The position numbers and the translations under genes are program-made. Below the pieces are notes generated by a model. That model saw nothing but the letters and a program-made list of their open reading frames with translations, was not told the DNA's origin and made no database searches. From positions 724,205 through 788,204 of the forward strand of contig JAWQFM010000015.1 in NCBI GenBank assembly GCA_033442325.1: a stretch of 64,000 nucleotides of DNA, in the 5' to 3' direction. Origin of the DNA: Salpingoeca rosetta. Lineage: Eukaryota > Protista > Choanoflagellata. Of the stretch, positions 56,147 through 64,000 are shown one piece after another (position 1 is the stretch's first letter; every line of letters starts with the position of its first letter).

Positions 56147-58251
56147 CGTCGGTACGGTACGACAATGTACAGCAGCTGCGGCGTGAGGGCGACGAGTTTC
56201 TCGGCCAGCGACGTCGTCAGAGCAATCATCACAGCAGCAAGCACGCGATGCATGCCATGCGTGCAATGCAGGATGCGTGCGGACGTCGCCCGTCAGCGCC
56301 CGTACAGATGCAGATGCAGATGAGCAAGGCAAAGGAGCGAGCCGTTGCCATGCACGATGCATGTGCACGCCGTCCCTCCGCACCCGTGCCACTGCAGAGG
56401 CAGCAGCAGCAGCAGCAGCAAGGCAGCGCGAGTGCATCTCGCCGGCCCTCGCGTGCTGGCCACAGCGCAGGCGAGCCCCATTGCCGCCTGCTGCGGTCTA
56501 TGGATTTTTCCGCGCTCATGGCACGCGCAGAGAGTGGCGCATCATCGTCGTCCCTCGCATCGTCATCATGCTCCATCGACGGCGGACGTGGCAGAGCGCG
56601 CCGCAGCAGAGAGTGCGCCGCTCCCTCCACAGATGACGCCGACAGCGAGGTGGATATCCTCGGGCCACGGCGCACGGCGAGCCCAAGCGTGGCATCTGCA
56701 CGCGGCTGTGCCACCACGCGATCTGGCACCGCAACGCCGCTCGCCGGCAGCCCACGCATTCGCCGTCGTCATCGCCGCGGACACGCGCGCGCAGCCAGCA
56801 CCAGTGGCGCCGCAACCAAGCAGGCAGAAGGTGCAGAGAACACGCCACCAAACTCGCCCCACCTCCGCCGCGAGCCCGCAGCAAGAGAGGCTGCGGACGC
56901 GACGCCGTCGTTGCCCTTCTCCTCCTCCTCCTCCTCCTCGTCAACCCGCGAGCAGCAAGAGGATGCGGTGCGCAGCGTGCTGAGCAAAGTGAACAGCATC
57001 GCCAGCGTGATGTCACCGCGCCGCCGCCGCAAGGTGCTGTCGAAGGTGCGCGCCGTGGCAGAGACGAGCCCCATCAGCGTTGCCGGTGCAGAGGCAGCGC
57101 TTCCAGCCGTGCTGTCCGCACAGCTCGTCTCCAGGATGGCCAGCATGCGCATGGGAGACGACGGGAGGCAGGAGACAGGTGCGAGGAGGGATGAGGAGGC
57201 AGACGCAGGCGGAGAGCAAGTGGGCGAACCGGGCAAACGGCGCCAGCAACAGCTGCAAGTACCAGCACCGCCCTCTCAACCGCCGATGTTGCGTGGCACA
57301 AGTAAGGCGTCAAAGGGCAGCAACTACCGGCTGGAGGCCTGTGTGACGGACAGCCCCATGCAGCGCGCAGATGCGTTGTCGCTGCTGTTTGAAGAGGAGA
57401 GCACGAGCGCGTACACGAGTGGCACTACGAGTAGCAGCAGTACCGCCAGCAGTGCAAGAAGCAGCAGTGTGTGGATGCACGGCCATGACAGTGCAAGCAC
57501 TCGCAGTACTCGCAGCACTGCGTCCCATTTGACTGTGACGAGCGAGGAGGAGGACGATCCTGCTTACGCTGTCATCAACACGGGTGACTTTGACTTCTTC
57601 AGCAGTGACGACGAAGACGAAGGCGACGATGAAGTTGAGGTTGGCGCGCAGGGGCAGACGGTGCATGGCAATGACGGGCATGATGCAGAGGGAGGCGTGG
57701 TGGTGGGAACGAGTGCGTTGGCCCGTGCTGCTGCCATGCGCGATTCACGGCAGATTGCACAACCGCGCACATCGCCCAAGATGATGCGGCGGCGGCGGCA
57801 GAAGAAGGGAAAGGACAACGGGAGCAAGCACAAGGAGATGGCAATGCAGGAAAAGACAGCTGGCATTGAAGAGCCACAGTACGCCGACGTGCGGCTGGCC
57901 TCAAAGGTGTGTCAAATGCTTTGTTTTTGTTTTTTTGGAAGGGGGGGGGGAACAAGAAAGAGGGAGGAGGCTGGAGGGCTGGGCGACGCATGTGCATGTG
58001 TGTGTGTGTGTGCGTGCGTGCGTGTGTGTGTGTGTGTTGAGGGGAGTCACGTTCTCATGTGCCAATGTGGGTGTGTTTTGCTTTCACTCCTTCAGGCGCT
58101 TGCGCATGACTATGATACGGATGATGATGAGGACGGCGCGTACGCCCGCATCTCGCGTGTTCTTTGCGGTGAGTCAGAAAAGGGTGGAACGAACGGGTGT
58201 GGTTTGTCTTGATGCGTGTGTGCGTGCGTGTGTGTGTGTGTGCATGCGTGC

Positions 58252-58329
<78 letters not shown>

Positions 58330-59643
58330 CACGACCGAGTGATAATATGTTGCATGTGCGTGCGTTGAATTGTAGATGGGCTGTGGGAGAGCGGGTGGAT
58401 GGACGCCAACGCCGGCAGCGACACCGATGATAGCGAGTTTGAGATTCACGACGAGGATTACGATCCAAACGCCGTGTACAGCAAGGTTGGTTCGTTGGGA
58501 GGGGCATGGCATTGTTAGAGAGGAAGAGGATGGGGAGGAGGAGCAGAGAAGGCGTGTGTTAGCTGTTTGACTGTTTGAGTTGATTGCTCATGGGCATTGA
58601 TCAGATTGATTGACTGCTGCTGACGCTGACATCATGTGGTGACGTTGCATTGCTAGGTGATTCCAAAGGATCGGCGCAAGAAGACACCGCCTCTTCCGAT
58701 TCGGCAGTACATCCTCAAGCACTACCGCTTCGCAGGGCAAGGTGTGTGTGTATGTATGTGTGTTTGTGTGTTTGTGTGTGTATGTATGTGTGTTTGTGTG
58801 TTTGTGTGTTTGTGTGTTTGTGTGTGTGTGTGTGTGTGCTCTCGACATTGTGTTGTGCTTTTGCATTTAACGTGTGCGGAGGATCTCTGTCCGCCCTTCT
58901 CTTCACTAACATACACACTCTCACACATACACACACACACTCACACTCAATCACACACACACGCGCGCGCATACATTCACTATCACGTATCAAGGCCCGG
59001 AACCCTCGGAGCTGAACGATCCGCGAAGAGCGCAGGCGCGTCGTGCCGCGTATCTGTACCGCCTCAAGCGCGGTGACCGCCGCCAAAACTCGCCGCAGCG
59101 GCACATTCGCGGCAACAAGCAGGCGTAGAGTGGCCTTGGGGGAAGGGGGAGGGATGCGTTGAGGCAGTGGATTGGGGGAAGCACACACTGTTGAGGGAGA
59201 TCGAAGGAAGTTGAGGGAAGGAGACAAGTTGAGGAGAAGCATGCATAGATGCACGCTTCTTGTTCTTCTTCACATTGCTTTCTTCCACTTGTTTGTTGCT
59301 GTTTGGCTGGATTATTTGTGGGTGACATTACAATTATTCCGCAAATCCCGGGCTGAGCTGGAGAAGGTCAAAGACAGCAAAGCAACAACAAGGCGAAGAA
59401 GCAAAGCCACACGCAAAGCCACAGCCATGGATGAGGAAGATTGGGATGTGATTGTGGCAGAGCATGTGTTGCCTGCTGGAACAGAGCAGAATGAGCGCAC
59501 CATGTTCATCCACATGGCATCAAAAGGCGCGAAGAAGGTACGTGCTTGTTGTTCTCCCTCTGCGCTTTTTACTGGTTGATCCACTGTGACGAAGCAAAGG
59601 AAACAAAACGGCGCAGCCACTCACGCAACCTTCATGTTGTTGT

Positions 59644-59681
<38 letters not shown>

Positions 59682-61224
59682 GCTGCTGCTGCTGTTGTTA
59701 CTGTTGTTGTTGTTGTTGTTGTTGTTGTTGCTGTTACTGTTGTTGCTGTTGTTGCTGTTACTGTTGTTGCTGTTGTTGTTGTTGTTGCTGTTACTGTTGT
59801 TGCTGTTACTGTTGTTGCTGTTGTTGTTGTTGCTGTGTCGCAGGTTGATGTGTTCAAGCAGCCGTGGTGTCGGTTAAAGTGGTCCAAGGCACGTGCCAAC
59901 AGATACCTTGCGTCCTCGCCCAACGGCGCATTCATCATTCGCCGCGCCACAACAAAAGGCCAATACGTGCTCAGCGTTCAAGCCGGCCCACGCGTCTGTC
60001 ACGTCCTCCTCAGGGTAAGTCGGAGAGGTCAACAGAGGTGGTGGCAGTGGGTGGTATTGGTAGCATTGGACAGTCTTGCCAGCGCTGTGTGATCTCATAC
60101 ATACACGCAATTCTTGTTGATGATGATGTTGTTGTTCTTGGTTGCTGCATGCGTTTGGTTCAGGCGATTGCAAAGGATGGCGTCGTCTTGTACAACGTGT
60201 ACCCGACTCCGCAGTGGTTTGAGAGCCTCTACGATCTGGTGCGTTGTTAATTTGAAGAGGGACAAGGCAGTGGCGGTTGTGGTTGTGGTTGTGGTTGTGG
60301 TTGTGGCTGTGGTTGTGGCTGTGGTTGTGGTTGTGGTTGTTTGTGACCGACACTTTCTATTTTCGCAAATACACGCACACATGCACACTCAAACACACAT
60401 GCACTCCCCCCCTCCCCAACACACCTTGCAGGTGCTGTTCTGCTCGTACCAGCCGTTCCAGTTCCCGGACCTGGAGGGCAGCGGGGAGATTACGTTGTCA
60501 CTGGAGGCGTCGCAGCGGGCGGAGCGCGTGTACCGCGACTTACTCGTCAAGAATGCCGTCGCCCGACGCATGACACTCGTCGCCCGCCGCGCGTCCATGG
60601 TACGCAAGACGCGCCTGCGCGACTCGTCCAACACGCTCACGGAGGCCATCATCGAGGAAGCAGTCGAGGACAAGGAGTCGGAGGTGGACGGGTCGCGCTA
60701 CTCGCAAGGGGCCATCCTCTTTCGCGGTTTCCTCACCAAGCTCGGGCGCCGGCGCAAGAACTGGAAGCGCCGCTTCTTCGAGCTCTCCTCCGCTGGGTGT
60801 CTCACATACTACAAGGTGCTGCGTGAGAGAAGGGAGTTGGAGCAGGATGTGCTTGCATGTGCTTGTGTGTGCTTGTGTGTGCTTGTGTGTGCTTGCGTGT
60901 GCTTGCGTGTGCTTGCGTGTGCTTGCGTGTGCTTGCGTGTGCTTGCGTGTGCTTGCGTGTGCTTGCGTGTGCTTTGGGGTGCTTGTGTGCTTGCCTTTGC
61001 TTGCGTTTGCTGTGCCTGTTGGAGTGAGCCGCTGCTCATCATGACATCACATCACTGCCCCTCTTGCCGTTGTCATTTGCGACAGGTGTCTGGCCAGCGG
61101 CAGGAGATGGGGTTCCTTGACCTGCGCAAGTGCCTGTGCGTGCTCCCCGGTGGTCGCTGCCCAATCACGTGGTACCAGAACGCCAACCCAAACCTCTGCT
61201 TCGGCATCTACGTCCAGAACAGAC

Positions 61225-61260
<36 letters not shown>

Positions 61261-61610
61261 ATGCGATTGTGTGTATTTGTGTGTTTGTGTGTGTGTGTGC
61301 ATGCGATTGTGTGTGTTTGTGTGTTTGTGTGTTTGTGTGTGTGTGTTTGTGTGTCAATGGATTCCCTGTCAACTACTGCCCCGTGTTGTGTTGAACGTTG
61401 CTCACACAAAGCACACATGTGGGTGTCCCGTGCAGCTGTATGTGTATGCGGATACGCGGCCTGAGCTGCAGGGATGGCTTCAGGCGATTGCAGAGGTCGT
61501 GCCAGAGGGTATCCCCGTCACATCTCCGTGAGTATGAGCGGAAGGGGTTGGGGGCGGCGGGTTAGGGGTTGTGTTTGGATAGCGATTAACGCTGGCACCG
61601 CTCCCTCGTG

Positions 61611-61651
<41 letters not shown>

Positions 61652-62143
61652 CTGTGACCGTATCACGATGACAACAGGACGCAGATTGAGATTGAGGCGA
61701 AGATGCGCGCGCCGCTGCCGCCGCCCGTGGCCGGGGAGAGAAAGCGCCTCACAGGTGACTGGGGACGCGGGCGAGGAGGTGTACGGTGCGCGTTGCGCGG
61801 TGTGTGGTGTGATTGCGGGGCGCGGGAAAGGCGACGCCGCCTTACATGGCGTGTGTTTGTGCGCGTGCGTGTTGTCCTTCCTTCTCCTTTCCTTACTTGC
61901 TTCTTTGTTCGTGTTGTGCAGTGTTCCGGAACGGGAGTCTGGAGCAGAGCCAGGTGGTGGAGGTGTCGACCAACTGGGAGGAGCTCTTGGCGGGAATCAC
62001 CAGCAAGGTGTGTCATGTGTGTTGGGAGGGAGAAAAGAGTGGATATGGTGTTTTGGTGGCTGCGTGGCGTGGATGGATGTCGGCAGTTGAGGTGCAGCAC
62101 GGCTACGAAACCTTTTTTCCTCGCTCCCTCTCTGTGTCACACT

Positions 62144-62216
<73 letters not shown>

Positions 62217-62845
62217 GCACGCACGCACACACACACACACACATACATACACGCATCATGCAGCTTGGGTTCCCTGTGACGCGGCTGTTTGGGCGCAACG
62301 GCGGGGAGCTGTTCAGCTCGCGGCTGCTGCGGGACGACGACGTCGTGTTTGGATCTTCTGGCGATGACTTTCTCCATCCGCTGCTGGCAGCAGAGCAGCG
62401 GCGCGAGGAGAAGAGGAGGAAGCGCGCGCAGCAGAGAAACTTGGAGAGTGGTGGTGTTGGTGGTGGTGGTGGTGGGCAGCAGGGGAAGGCGGCGCAGGGC
62501 GTGTTTGGCGACACGGCCGGGTACGATGAGCCTGTGGCGCTCAGAGCAGCGATGCAAACCTCGGCGTCATCAGCAACAGCGCAGCACAACGACGGCGACA
62601 AGAACGACACGTACTTCGAGCCTGCAGAGACACGCATGGGGCACCATGATGGCGAGGAGCACGAAGCACCAGGGTACATTGAGCCGCTTCCCTCCATGCG
62701 CCGTCAACAGCAACAACAGCAACATGACGGTGGTGACGGTGCTGGTGGCGAGGTGTCAGACGTGTCTGATGACGATGAGGATCCGCAGATGAACTACGAC
62801 AACCTCGACGGCGACACGCAGCTGGAAGAACCTGTGCTTACTCCC

Positions 62846-62916
<71 letters not shown>

Positions 62917-63918
62917 TGGCGAGGATGAGCCAGCGTACATGGAGGTGCCACTGGCAGGGATGATGATTCATGGTGACGGTGATGGTGATGAGGGTGAGGG
63001 GTACGCGGAAATCAGCCGCCCGCCGCACGTGCCAGACTTTGTTCGCGACGACACGTGAGTTGCTGCGTGATTAACGGGGTAGGGTGGACGAGGAGTGAAT
63101 GTTGTGCTCTTTTGTTGTTGGTGCCCCTCACTTGCTCATGCACACACACACACACACGCACACCACACAGGTACATGGAGGTTGGTCGTGTTGGAAGCAA
63201 GCGGGTGCCACCGTCGGGCGAGAGCGGAACAGCGCACAGACCGCCGCCACCGCCACTGAGCAGGACACAGCAGCAGGATGTTGGCGATGTGGAGAACGGT
63301 GAGACGATAACACGTGTGTGAGTCCGGTAGGGGAGCGGTATGGGGAGCGGTATGGGTGTGCGTGGGAGGAGCGAATGGTTGTTGCTTGCTTGCTGACTTG
63401 GTTTTATATGCAATTGGGTGCTGCTTGTGCGTTTCTTGTTAGGCGATACGACGGACAGCTCGGACGAAGAGGAAGAGGGAGGAGAGGGACGAACACACGC
63501 GTACCCGGCAGTGCTTGGAGAAGAAGATGAGGGAGGATACATGAGCATTGGAGACATCAGGGGACAGGTAAGGACGCGTGGAGGAAGTGTGAGGAGTTGG
63601 GGCAGGAACCAAGCGAGGTATTGGGATTGAGGGGGGAGAGAGAGAGGGAGAGGGGTGCAGATAGACTTGCGTGTGATGGCTCACGGTTGTGGTCATGGGG
63701 TTCTGCCTTGCTTGTGCTTTCTACTGCAGAGAGCAACCGCACAAGAGGAGGAGGAGCCAGGATACATCGCCGTTGTAGCGGTAAGTTTGGTGAGAGGTGT
63801 GGGTGGAGGGTGGAGGAGGAAGGTCATGGGTGCTGTGTGTGTGATGTGTGTGTAATGTGTGTGTAATGTGTGTGTGTAATGGTATTGATGTGCTCACAGT
63901 CGCATACAAACGAACCAA

Positions 63919-64000
<82 letters not shown>
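56059..64000 (+). CDS. SH2 + PH + doublecortin-like docking protein with many Tyr motifs; 3' end probably outside the window
   Basis: SH2 QPWCRLKWSKARANRYL..NGAFIIRRA..YVLSV; PH FRGFLTKLGRRRKNWKRRFFEL...ELQGWLQAI; DCX-like VFRNG..VTRLFGRNGGEL..LLRDDDVV..SSGDDF. Confidence 0.85.
59635..59835. repeat. (GTT/GCT)n intronic microsatellite
   Basis: Seen directly; it is the source of the poly-L/V/C shadow ORFs. Confidence 0.9.
60848..60975. repeat. 10-bp intronic minisatellite (gtgcttgcgt)n
   Basis: About 12 tandem units. Confidence 0.85.

Overview
GC-rich, intron-dense eukaryotic DNA with (CA)n/(GT)n tracts in most introns and many polyQ proteins. This style is most consistent with a choanoflagellate such as Salpingoeca rosetta (inference, not searched). 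Most six-frame ORFs are microsatellite or antisense shadows, so I built gene models by hand from GT-AG junctions. The first 19 kb is a compact innate-immunity-like cluster with three genes. (1) A minus-strand gene has two tandem copies of a ~90-aa helical, death-fold-like domain ('X') fused to a PNP_UDP_1 nucleosidase. (2) Head-to-head with it, an LRR-Roc-COR protein ends in a third copy of domain X, and its LRRs sit one per 84-nt exon. (3) A ~2245-aa NLR-like protein follows, with architecture TIR-(dead NACHT)-TIR-NACHT-pentapeptide-WD40. Further along are a CoA-binding protein, a HAD-IIA phosphatase, and a bZIP-like factor with a stop-riddled, apparently structured 303-nt cassette exon. Next come a RING/TRAF-zinc-finger/SPRY-like gene and a rearranged zone (31-42.6 kb) with a truncated CCDC40 fragment, two frameshifted paralogs and an orphan RING exon. 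The window ends with a dsRBD-DEAH helicase, a low-complexity ORF and an SH2-PH-DCX-like phosphotyrosine scaffold that runs off the edge.
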